64,000 nucleotides of DNA from a bacterium (GTDB taxonomy: Bacteria; Zhuqueibacterota; Zhuqueibacteria; Residuimicrobiales; Krinioviventaceae). The notes under the pieces were generated by a model. The model ran no database searches, was not told where the DNA came from, and saw nothing but the letters and a program-made list of their open reading frames with translations. Below, piece by piece: positions 37,051-47,200 of the stretch. Position numbers and translations under genes: made by a program. The stretch covers positions 4,192,001-4,256,000 of the forward strand of contig OY843751.1 in assembly GCA_963693055.1 (NCBI GenBank). Direction: 5' to 3'. Each line of letters starts with the position of its first letter. Position 1 is the first letter of the stretch.

Positions 37051-37867
37051 GAATAGATACAGTTTTAATTTTTTCTACAGTCGTGAGTTCCCTGGGTGTC
37101 AATTCAGTTTCCAGAAATTTAATATATAATTTTTCTTCAAAACCGCTTTTAATAGCTACCGCAAGATCAGAATATATAACTCTATTGCCATTACTTAAAT
37201 CATTTAAGCAAATGGTCTTTTTCATCATAAAAGATTTTATTTTTTCTTTGGCTTCACTACTCTTGCCAGACAAATAATTCGCAATATCCAAATGATCATT
37301 ACCAATCAAAATGGATCCATGTTGCAAAACAACGCCATTTAAACGACGTTGAGCACTGCCAACAAGCTTTTTGCCTTGATAACTGATTTCGTGCTGCACA
37401 GTAGACGCGTAACACATCGATGACAATTCCCCTTTAGAAAAATCCTTGGGAGTTTGCACCGCACGTTCAAACTCTACCGGAAAATTGAGCATATTCAACC
37501 CGGCAACAAGACATTGGCTGATTCTTTCATAAACCTTGCTAATCTCTTTTTCATAATACTGGCTTGATTCCGGTATAATAACCGAATACGTCAACTCGTC
37601 CGCATGCAATATAGCTCTTCCACCGGTCGGTCGGGATACAATATCAATCCCCTCTTCACGACACAATTCTAGGTCAATCTCTTCTTTTTTTTGATGGAAT
37701 CCCAGAGAAATTGCGTGAGGTGTCCACCCATACAGTCTCAAAATCGGGTATCTGCTTTCGGATGACATACATTCAGCCAAAGCAACATCAATGGCCATAT
37801 TGGTTTCGCCATCCAAAAAACCCGAATTAATGAATCGCCATGTTTCCTGATGCCCGTTACTAGTCAT
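37043..37867 (-). CDS. Lipoate-protein ligase / octanoyltransferase (LplA/LipM family)
   Basis: NMAID, LRLYGW..ISLG, RPTGGRAILH..ELTYS, KLVGSAQRR..VLQHGSI. Confidence 0.9.
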   Translation of the reverse strand: MTSNGHQETWRFINSGFLDGETNMAIDVALAECMSSESRYPILRLYGWTPHAISLGFHQKKEEIDLELCREEGIDIVSRPTGGRAILHADELTYSVIIPESSQYYEKEISKVYERISQCLVAGLNMLNFPVEFERAVQTPKDFSKGELSSMCYASTVQHEISYQGKKLVGSAQRRLNGVVLQHGSILIGNDHLDIANYLSGKSSEAKEKIKSFMMKKTICLNDLSNGNRVIYSDLAVAIKSGFEEKLYIKFLETELTPRELTTVEKIKTVSIHE

Positions 37868-38645
37868 CGCTTCCCTTGATCAATCCGCGGTCAGAATTCT
37901 CAATAAAAGTCAATACATGCTCAACCTCGGGCAGTATTTCCACTTCATTGCGAATGCGTTCAATTGCCTGGCTCACGTTCAGATGAGAACGGAACAACAG
38001 CTTGTAAGTAGCTTTTAATGATTTTATAACCGGCATCTTGAATCCACGTCGTCGTAATCCAATAGAATTCAAACCATGAAACTGCAATGGCTCTCCGGCA
38101 CAAGTGATATATGGTGGAACATCCTGCACCGCACGAAATCCACCACCTATCATAGCGTGTCTTCCAATTTTGCAAAACTGGTGCACAGGTGTCATACCAC
38201 CTATAATGGCAAAATCCTCAATCACAACATGTCCACCGAGTTGTACACCGTTGGCAAGAATAACATCATCACCAACTACCGTATCATGACCAACGTGGGT
38301 ATAAGCCATCAGTAAGCAATTGCTGCCTATCTCGCTTTTACCTGTAGCATGTGTACCCCGGTTCAATGTAACACATTCACGAATGGTAGTATTATTACCA
38401 ATAATAAAAAGGCTCTCTTCGCCACCAAATTTTAGATCCTGGGGAATATTGGCAACAGCAGCGCCCTGATGTATGTTGCAATTTTCACCAATTCTGGCAC
38501 CATTGTAAATATGCACACTGGTACCAATGCGGGTACCAGTACCAATTACAACATCCCCTTCGATAATAGAAAAGGCCCCTATGGAGACATTGTCTCCAAT
38601 TTGGGCCTTGGGATCAACTATAGCTGTATTATGTATTTCTGACAA
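37860..38645 (-). CDS. lpxA: Acyl-ACP--UDP-N-acetylglucosamine O-acyltransferase
   Basis: Hexapeptide repeats, PQDLKF, IRECVTLNRGT, LMAYTHVGHD, GLNSIGLRRRG. Confidence 0.97.
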   Translation of the reverse strand: MSEIHNTAIVDPKAQIGDNVSIGAFSIIEGDVVIGTGTRIGTSVHIYNGARIGENCNIHQGAAVANIPQDLKFGGEESLFIIGNNTTIRECVTLNRGTHATGKSEIGSNCLLMAYTHVGHDTVVGDDVILANGVQLGGHVVIEDFAIIGGMTPVHQFCKIGRHAMIGGGFRAVQDVPPYITCAGEPLQFHGLNSIGLRRRGFKMPVIKSLKATYKLLFRSHLNVSQAIERIRNEVEILPEVEHVLTFIENSDRGLIKGSDD

Positions 38646-38675
38646 GGTTATTCCCTTACTAAATTAAATGCTCCG

Positions 38676-40079
38676 TCACACATTTTTACGGTCTACTATT
38701 GCAGCCATCAAATCAGCTTCACAAGCCAGTTCATCGTTTACAAATGCTCTTCCGAACATTTTTGCCAATGAACGACGATACGGTCCCATTTCCACTTCAA
38801 AACGCAGAGTATCTCCGGGTGTAACGGTTTTACGAAATCGAACGTTATCTATACCCGTAAACAGCACGGCTTTTTCAGCCGGATCCGTTTCTGAATTTAA
38901 CAGCATAATACCACCGGTTTGTGCCATGGCTTCAATGATCAAAACACCCGGCATAACCGGCCATCCGGGAAAATGTCCCTGAAAGAACGGCTCATTCATG
39001 GTCACATTTTTGATACCAATAACGCGTTCCTGAGGAATCAGATCAATAATCTTGTCTACCAGCAGGAATGGATAGCGGTGCGGTAAAATTCGCATAATCG
39101 CTTCAGTATCCAGAAAAACACCAGTGCGTTGATTGATCTGATATTTTGATTTGATCAGTTTTTTCTTGTATTCTTTACGTATAAGTTTTACCAGTTCAGC
39201 ATTTGCCTTATGTCCTGAGCGCGCCGCAATGATATGCCCCTTGATAGGAACACCCAACAGTGCCAGATCACCAATCAGATCAAGCGCTTTATGACGAACC
39301 GGTTCATTGGGATAACGCAACTCTTTACCGTTCAGAATTCCATTCGATGACATGCTCACATCAGCTTCAATGCCAAACATTTTACGAAGATCATTTAACT
39401 CTTTTGTATCCATATCACGATCTATAATAACAACAGCATTATCCAGATCACCACCTTTAATAAGGCCGGCTTTCCACAGCTCTTCAACTTCATGCAAAAA
39501 ACAAAAAGTTCGTGAAGCGGCAAATTCTGTTGCAAACTCTTCCCGCAATGAATACATGGATGTATATTGTGTGCCCAATGCCGGGTTTTGATAATCAACC
39601 ATAAAGGTGATACGAAACTCGTCAGATGGGAAAACAACGATATCAATACCGCGGTCCGGTTCGGAATATGCAATGGTACGATCAATAACCAAATAATCCC
39701 GTGGAGATTCCTGCTCTTCAAAACCGCATTTCAGCAAAACTTCCACAAAGGGTAATGCACTTCCATCCCCAACCGGGGGTTCATTTCCATCAATTTCACA
39801 AATAATATTATCAATTTCCAGTCCGCTAATGGCTGCCAAAACGTGTTCAACTGTATGGATCTTAACATCGTTAATACCAATAGTTGTACCTCGTGAAATA
39901 TCCACTACATGATCCACATCAGCGGGAATCACAGGACTCTCTTCAATGTCAACACGTTTAAATAAAATACCGGAATTAGCGGGGGCAGGTTTAAATGTTA
40001 TTTTTGTTTTATTTCCAGTATGCAAGCCAACACCAGCATAGGACGCAGACTCTTTTATTGTCCGTTGGTTTGTCAGCAT
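38676..40079 (-). CDS. lpxC: Bifunctional LpxC deacetylase / FabZ dehydratase
   Basis: GVGLHTG, TVEHVLAA, HKALDLIGDL (LpxC) fused to LPHRYPFLLVD, FQGHFP..PGVLIIEAMAQ (FabZ). Confidence 0.97.
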   Translation of the reverse strand: MLTNQRTIKESASYAGVGLHTGNKTKITFKPAPANSGILFKRVDIEESPVIPADVDHVVDISRGTTIGINDVKIHTVEHVLAAISGLEIDNIICEIDGNEPPVGDGSALPFVEVLLKCGFEEQESPRDYLVIDRTIAYSEPDRGIDIVVFPSDEFRITFMVDYQNPALGTQYTSMYSLREEFATEFAASRTFCFLHEVEELWKAGLIKGGDLDNAVVIIDRDMDTKELNDLRKMFGIEADVSMSSNGILNGKELRYPNEPVRHKALDLIGDLALLGVPIKGHIIAARSGHKANAELVKLIRKEYKKKLIKSKYQINQRTGVFLDTEAIMRILPHRYPFLLVDKIIDLIPQERVIGIKNVTMNEPFFQGHFPGWPVMPGVLIIEAMAQTGGIMLLNSETDPAEKAVLFTGIDNVRFRKTVTPGDTLRFEVEMGPYRRSLAKMFGRAFVNDELACEADLMAAIVDRKNV

Positions 40080-40165
40080 TTCACCTCCTAGATGCGCAAT
40101 GCGCCAGTTACATATAAAAAAGGGATTGATGAATTAAATACAATACAACCCCAGATTGTTGAACT

Positions 40166-41200
40166 TTATTCAATTTTTCCTTCTAGATCCCGTAATTGTG
40201 CTTCAAGTCGTCTGACTTTTTTGATCAATTCCGGTAATTTCGCCAAACTGGCTTCTTCACGCTTAGCCTGCATGTGAGGACGTGCAGGATACCCGGATAC
40301 AAATTCCTTTTCCGGTACTGATTTGGTGATACCCGCCTGAGCTCCAATAGCCGCCTGATCGCCAATTTCAATATGACCAACCAAACCTGCCTGGCCACCC
40401 ATTCTAACATAACGACCAATTTTTGTACTGCCGGAAATTCCAGCCTGTGCGGCAATTGCGGTATGTTCACCTACCTGCACATTGTGTGCAATTTGTACCA
40501 GATTGTCAATTTTTGCACCGGTTTTAATACGAGTTTCTCCCAGTGTGGCCCGATCTATGGTTGTATTGGCACCAACCTCAACATCATCTTCCAGCACCAC
40601 ATTGCCCATTTGCGGCAATTTGTGATACTTGCCATCCTCAAATGCAAAACCAAAACCATCGGAACCAATTACGGCCCCCATATGGATGATTACCCCGTTA
40701 CCAATTACACATTGTTCTCGAACTGTAACATTGGCATAAAGGATACAATTATCACCAACCGAAACATCGGTACCCAAAACAACACCCGGATGAATCACAA
40801 CATTTGCACCAATTTTACAATCCGAACCTATTACAACATTGGCGCCAATTGCGGATTTTTCACCAATTGAGCAATTTTCACCAATACTGGCTGTTTCGTG
40901 AATTCCTTGTAAAACCTGAGGTTTTTGTTTGTAAAAATGTCGGGCAAGCTTGAGGAATGCAAAATACGGGTTTTTCACTCGTAACAAGGTTTTATCTTTT
41001 GCCTCTGGGAAATCCGGTTCAACCAACACTGCCGAAGCATTCGTAGTTTCAATAAACTTGAAATACTTGTTATTGGCAATAAATGAAAGCTGACCTTGTA
41101 TTGCCTCTTCAATCTTGGCTAAACCGCTGATTTCCCTTGATCCGTCACCGTCTACAACAGCGCCGATCATTTCAGCAATACTATCTATGGTTAAAGACAT
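40166..41200 (-). CDS. lpxD: UDP-3-O-acylglucosamine N-acyltransferase
   Basis: IGSDGFGF, GANTTIDRA, KIDNLVQIAHNV. Confidence 0.97.
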   Translation of the reverse strand: MSLTIDSIAEMIGAVVDGDGSREISGLAKIEEAIQGQLSFIANNKYFKFIETTNASAVLVEPDFPEAKDKTLLRVKNPYFAFLKLARHFYKQKPQVLQGIHETASIGENCSIGEKSAIGANVVIGSDCKIGANVVIHPGVVLGTDVSVGDNCILYANVTVREQCVIGNGVIIHMGAVIGSDGFGFAFEDGKYHKLPQMGNVVLEDDVEVGANTTIDRATLGETRIKTGAKIDNLVQIAHNVQVGEHTAIAAQAGISGSTKIGRYVRMGGQAGLVGHIEIGDQAAIGAQAGITKSVPEKEFVSGYPARPHMQAKREEASLAKLPELIKKVRRLEAQLRDLEGKIE

Positions 41201-41229
41201 ATGCGCCCTGATTTATACTATCAGATCAA

Positions 41230-41772
41230 TTATTTAGTTGTAGTTTCAAGACCTTTTTCAAGCTCTTCAATAACCAGTTCGGTCAGGTCTGTTTGGTTCG
41301 GGCTGGCATATACAATATTACCTGCAACAGTATCAAAAATATAATCAAAACGTTCATCTTCACCAACAAGCTTGATAGCTTCGTTGATCTTGTCAAATAC
41401 AGGTTTCATCTGTTTATCTTGTTCGCTGTAAAACTCACCACTTTGTCCCCATTTTTGGGCCTGGTACTGTTGAATTTTCAGGTACAATGCCTGCATTTCC
41501 TGCATTTTTTCTTTCTGACGTTCTTCACTCAAAAGTAAACGCTGAGATTCCAACTGTTCGTTCATCTCTTCCAACTGCTGTTGCATCTCACGGGCTTCAG
41601 CTTCCCATTCTTTGTTGATTTTATCAAGTCTGTCTTGTGCATCTTGAGCTTCTTTATATGATGCAAGAATTTGCTGTGAATTGATGTAACCAATTTTCTG
41701 AGCAAAAGTTGATGTTGCAATCAATAAAATAAAAATTACCATTGCACCCTTGATGAGATTACTTTTTTTCAC
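41230..41772 (-). CDS. skp: OmpH/Skp periplasmic chaperone
   Basis: Signal peptide, KIGYINSQ, coiled coil, DYIFD..DLT; GTG 41772 has a GGAGG RBS. Confidence 0.9.
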   Translation of the reverse strand: MKKSNLIKGAMVIFILLIATSTFAQKIGYINSQQILASYKEAQDAQDRLDKINKEWEAEAREMQQQLEEMNEQLESQRLLLSEERQKEKMQEMQALYLKIQQYQAQKWGQSGEFYSEQDKQMKPVFDKINEAIKLVGEDERFDYIFDTVAGNIVYASPNQTDLTELVIEELEKGLETTTK

Positions 41773-41816
41773 TTTTTCCTCCAATATCCTATATTGATTA
41801 TTGTTAAATTACTTTA

Positions 41817-44126
41817 TTAATAGCTTCTTCCAAATACAAAATGCATTTTCCACTTGGGATCAGGATCACCGTAGGCATCAACACGATCAAATCCATATCC
41901 ATAGTCAAAACCGATAATACCAATCATGGGCATGAAAACTCTGGCACCAATACCTGCAGATCGTCTCATACTGAATGGGTCCGCGTATCTAAAACTCTTC
42001 CACACATCTCCCGCTTCAGCAAACAACAGTGCAAATATTGTTGGATTCGGAGCTATCGGTATACGGATTTCAGCAGTATATTTCATCATTGCCTTTCCAC
42101 CTTCTGCTATACGGCTGTATCCCGACAATGGATCATCATAACCGCGCAAAGGGATAGATTGTGACAATCCGTCACCACCCATAAAAAAGTATTCCTGATA
42201 CGGGATGCTCGAACTTCCGCCAATCGTCTCCATATAGCCAGCCTGGAACCCGGTGTACAATACCAATTTCCAGTACGATGGCATAAACCAGTCTATCTGA
42301 AAACTGTGCTTCTGATAATCAACATTACCACCCAATACCGTACCGGCAAGCTCTGTGGTTAAAGACACTTCAGAACCCGCTGTGGGAAATTCGGGACGAT
42401 CAAGACTGTTTCTTGAAAAAATATGGGTAACACTGCTGCTTATCAAAGGCCAGTCATAAGATACAATACCATTAGGATTGCTTTCAACATAATAGTCATT
42501 AAAATCAGACAAGGTCGTCTGATCATATTGATAAATCCAATCTGTTCTAAAAAAGTTATCGGGCCAGTTCAAACGGCGTCCCAATCTTATAGAACCACCT
42601 CTACTCTGCTGACGATATCCATAATAATACGCGTCACGCTGAGTATCGTAAAAACTGAGACCACCCAAAGTGGGTGTATCCATAACCCAAGGTTCCGTAA
42701 AACTGATGCTGAATGAACGGTAATACTGGCCAAAACTCCAGTTAAAATTCAAACGTTGTCCGTTTCCAAAAAGGTTGGCCATACCAACACCTACACTTCC
42801 AATCAGGCGGTCACGTTCACTCCAGCCTGCGGACATGTTGGCGGTGTCAGTTGATTTTTCTTCAACCTTGAATTCCAGATCAACCTGGTCACCTGATGAG
42901 GGAATTACCTGGGGTTCAACATTGCCAAAATAATTCAGCATCCAAACTTCTCGCTGACTTCTTTCCAACAAAGACCGGTTAAATGTATCACCAGGATAAA
43001 TTCGCAGTTCTCTGCGGATCACCTTTTCCTTGGTTTTGGTATTACCACTCACCCGAATCGCATTGATCTTGGCCTGATTGCCCTCTGTAACATAAAAATG
43101 TAAATTTAGTTTATTGTCCTTATCTTCATCAACAACTTCCTGGGGAGTAATAGTAGAATAAATATAACCTCTGTCATAATACAGACTACCAATATGCTGA
43201 TAAACAGCTTCATCCAGCTTTTGTTTGCTGTAAACATCACCACTATCAAAACGCAAATTGGCTGTTAATTCATCATTAGAAAAGAGTTCATTTCCTTCCC
43301 AGCTAATATCTCCAAAAATGTACTGTTTGCCTTCCGAAACCCAAATATCAACAAACATGTCATCTTTTTCTTCATTATAATATATCGAATCTTTGAGTAC
43401 TTCAGCGTCTCTGTAACCCTCATTCTGGTAAAAACTGATTAAATTTACCAGATCTTCATCATACTTTTCACGATCAAAATCCGCACCGCGCCACCAGCGG
43501 TCTTCTTTGATCTCTTTGAATGATTTTTTTAATTTTTTGTCACTAAATGCTGTATTGCCATAAAAATTAATTTTTTCTACCTGTACTTTTTTCCCTTCAT
43601 TCATATAAAACCGAACAATCACCCGGTTAGAATCAGTTTTTGAAGGAATTTCCGAAGTATTTACCTCTGCAAGCAAATACCCTTTTTCTTTATACATTTC
43701 ATAAATCTTTGTACGAGATCTTGCAAGTAAGGTGGGATTTATAACCTGGCCACTGTAAAAATTTAATTCTTCTTCAATATCATCGGTTTTTAATTTCTTG
43801 TTACCGGCTATCTCTACCGTATCCAACCGGGGATATTCTTTAATCTTGATGGTAATATAAATACCCTGGGCAAGTTCCTGATCTACTACTACCTGAATAT
43901 CAGAGAACAATTCCAACCGCCATAACTGTTTTATAGCGTCTTGAATACTTTCACCGGTAATTTCAGTACCGGGTACCAGTCCCGAGTTCAAACGTACCAT
44001 ACTGGGATCCGTCGTAACAGCTCCCTCAACAGATACATCCAAAATTTTCACTGCCCGACGTTGTGCCGAGGCCATTGTTGTTAAAAGAATAAATACTACT
44101 AAAACGAGTTCAAATCTAATCCGCAT
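41817..44126 (-). CDS. bamA: Outer membrane protein assembly factor BamA
   Basis: POTRA repeats (GN..), NLFGNGQ, LRGY, C-terminal barrel; ATG 44126 has RBS AGGTGAGG. Confidence 0.95.
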   Translation of the reverse strand: MRIRFELVLVVFILLTTMASAQRRAVKILDVSVEGAVTTDPSMVRLNSGLVPGTEITGESIQDAIKQLWRLELFSDIQVVVDQELAQGIYITIKIKEYPRLDTVEIAGNKKLKTDDIEEELNFYSGQVINPTLLARSRTKIYEMYKEKGYLLAEVNTSEIPSKTDSNRVIVRFYMNEGKKVQVEKINFYGNTAFSDKKLKKSFKEIKEDRWWRGADFDREKYDEDLVNLISFYQNEGYRDAEVLKDSIYYNEEKDDMFVDIWVSEGKQYIFGDISWEGNELFSNDELTANLRFDSGDVYSKQKLDEAVYQHIGSLYYDRGYIYSTITPQEVVDEDKDNKLNLHFYVTEGNQAKINAIRVSGNTKTKEKVIRRELRIYPGDTFNRSLLERSQREVWMLNYFGNVEPQVIPSSGDQVDLEFKVEEKSTDTANMSAGWSERDRLIGSVGVGMANLFGNGQRLNFNWSFGQYYRSFSISFTEPWVMDTPTLGGLSFYDTQRDAYYYGYRQQSRGGSIRLGRRLNWPDNFFRTDWIYQYDQTTLSDFNDYYVESNPNGIVSYDWPLISSSVTHIFSRNSLDRPEFPTAGSEVSLTTELAGTVLGGNVDYQKHSFQIDWFMPSYWKLVLYTGFQAGYMETIGGSSSIPYQEYFFMGGDGLSQSIPLRGYDDPLSGYSRIAEGGKAMMKYTAEIRIPIAPNPTIFALLFAEAGDVWKSFRYADPFSMRRSAGIGARVFMPMIGIIGFDYGYGFDRVDAYGDPDPKWKMHFVFGRSY

Positions 44127-44204
44127 TTCCTCACCTGTTTTCACAATTTCTAAATGTAATAAATTCATCCATTATTGTAAAGGAAAAATACAAATTCCTT
44201 TCAA

Positions 44205-47200
44205 TTAAAATGGAAACCAGTGCCGAAGCACGATTCGCTTATCATCCCTGTTCTCTCGTTGCCATATCAAACTATCGTAATCGTACTCAAGTTCCAATAA
44301 AAGGCGAGGATTTATCTGATATTCTAATCCCATGCGGTGATGTAACCCCACATTAATATCTTTGTAACGATAATCAATCCCGGATTCAACTTGACCTGTA
44401 TACTGGAAAAATACATTATCCACAATATATTTGCCCACCACAAGACGGGTACTTTTCAATAGAGACAACCTGTTGTTTACCCTAAGGTTATTGTTTAAGT
44501 TAAATTCTAAAAGATTTTTAGCAAACATGGAGCTGAACCGAACATAATCCAACCCAAAGGTCTTTTCCAATGACTTTTCAACCGGCCGAATCAAAGGCCG
44601 TAAAATTAAATTTTCTGTTCCAAAACCAATTGCGTCAATTGCAGGATTTTGCTGTAACGTAGCGTTCGAATATCCCAATGTAGATAAAATTTGTCGTTCC
44701 GATGCACCCACACTCGGATTATCAGACGATAATTTAAACCGAATCTGGTTCCACCTGCCCCGGGTATCCTCTAAACGGGCAATATCATCAACCGGCTTTT
44801 TGTCCATAGTAATATCATGTGTTTGCATGGTAAGATAAATTTGTGAAGGAATTCCCGCAGAATCGGCCACGGTTGTTCTCGCATTTCCGTAAACCACCGG
44901 CTCAAGTGTGCTTTTATCAAACTCTGCGCCGGCCCGCTCTATCCTGAAATCCATTCCCAGATATTCAATCACTCCTTTTGTGGAACGCGCTTCACCAATT
45001 ATTCTAAAACTTTCATCCTTTAACTGCCCCGCAAAACCCAGCTCACTGTATTTCTCATTTATTTGCAAATTCACATAAACATTATCAATAGCACCGGGAA
45101 AAGTTTTAACATACCTTACATCCTGAATGGGTTTAACCAGAATATCCCACTCCATCCGCATGAAAAAATCTTCTACTACAGGATCAGGGGTAGATGTTCC
45201 TTCATAAAACGGATACATGATCTCGGTATCATACAACTGTATGGTTCCTCTAAATGTAGGATTCCCATCTATCCAGGCAAAATAAAAATGGTCTTCGCCA
45301 TCCCTGCCAATCATTTCAAGGTTACCATAAACTCCGGGCTCCATTAGGCCTTCAATATTCAGCGGCACCCCTTTATCAAATGACTGGGGAATAACAATCC
45401 CCAAACTCAATCCCGTGTCACCTATCAGTATATTTTCCAAAGGTTTGGATGAATTAACCGGCGCCAGCGTATTAGATATCCTGAAAGGCTTTCCCCCCAT
45501 CTTGCCGGTAATATACTTTGCATGAATAAACTGATCATCGGGAACAAACTCAAAATCCCCCCTCAACTCGGTCATGGGAGGTATCACACCATTGCAATAC
45601 ATATCTCCATTTTCAAGCTTTAATGTAGCAGCTTCCAATACAGGATTCTCAGGTGAACCACTAACGCTGGCATTAAACTCGCAATCACTATGCGGTTCTT
45701 TAAAAAAATTAACCTTGTCAGACAATATCTGCAAAAAATTACCTTCACCTGTCAGATTAATGTACAAACTGTCTCTATTATGGAACGGATAAATACCATT
45801 TCCTCTAACCTCATAATAATCATGGCGGGTCAGCCTGAAATCATCAATAAACAATCCGGCATAGTCACTTTCACCGGCACCCAGATCAACCTCAATCTCA
45901 TCAAAGGGAACGTCATAAACACTGCCATCCTTTACAGCAAACAAACCCTCAACCCTGGGGTTCCTGGCACTACCAGTCAAACTGATATCAACCAGACCAT
46001 TTCCAATAAATGCGGGCTCTTCATCTTCGGGTGTAATAAATATTTCTTCAAAATTAAATCCCGCGCCTTTTACAAAAAAATCCAGACTATCAGATAATGT
46101 ATTGTAACTACCTTGTGTATACAAAAGTGTAGCATCTGACGAATTTAAGGTCAAATGCGGAACAGACAAATTAGCACTGTCCAGACCAATCTCCATATGG
46201 GCACTATAAGGTCCCAGGGTTTCATATCGCAAATCTTTTAAATCCAGCTCTGATTTCAATTTCGGATATTGCCGACTACCGGATATATCCAGATTCATAT
46301 CCAAAGTACCGTTAAATTTAGTCTCACGGGTTTTGTAAAAATCAGAAATCTCTAAAGATTTGGCAGAAACATTACCAGATAATAGATTATAATCTGTCAA
46401 CGTAACATTAGCAAACAACTGATCAGCAAGATTAAACTGATTTAAAACAATTTTGTTCTTTTCCTGATGAAAACGAAATTCACCGTCTAACCGGTATTCC
46501 TCGTCGGGATACAAATCGAATTTACCCCAACCATTCAGTTGCTTCTTGTTACTAAACTCCATTTGAACATTGGCAAATCCATTACGAAAATACCCACCCT
46601 CTACTCTATTAATTCTGCCAAACAAACGATGTTCTTTATTGGTTCCACTCAATCGGCCTGAAACTGAAAAATTTTTCAAAAAATAATCTGCAAACGGCAT
46701 ATGGAAATGAGGTAAAATATATTTTTGAAGCTCCTCAAATTGAATATCCCAGCTTAGGGGTGAAGACAAATTGATGGATGCAGTAATATCTGAACTACTG
46801 TCAGGATTAATTTCAAGTTTATTCTCTGCCAGTAAAACATGAACAGGTAACAATGTTGTATCTAAATCCTGAGACACGAGCTGAATTCTACCTGCTCCAT
46901 CAACTATGGGTGATTCCAAACTGCCATAAATATCTGCAGAAAGCGATGTACCAAATTTTTCGAGCTTATCAGCACCAAAACCCATCAATTCCCGGGTCAT
47001 ATCTCCTTCAATAGATAGATTACCCAGCATAGGCTTTCCATCTAAACCTAAATCCAAAACCCCAAGCAGTGATATTTGATTACTCAACAGATTAAAATCA
47101 CACTGATTAAAATAGAATTTATTTTTATTAAACCGACTATCAATATCAATATTCTTGACAGTTACCTTGTTATACAACAGACTATCAGCATGGATACGAT

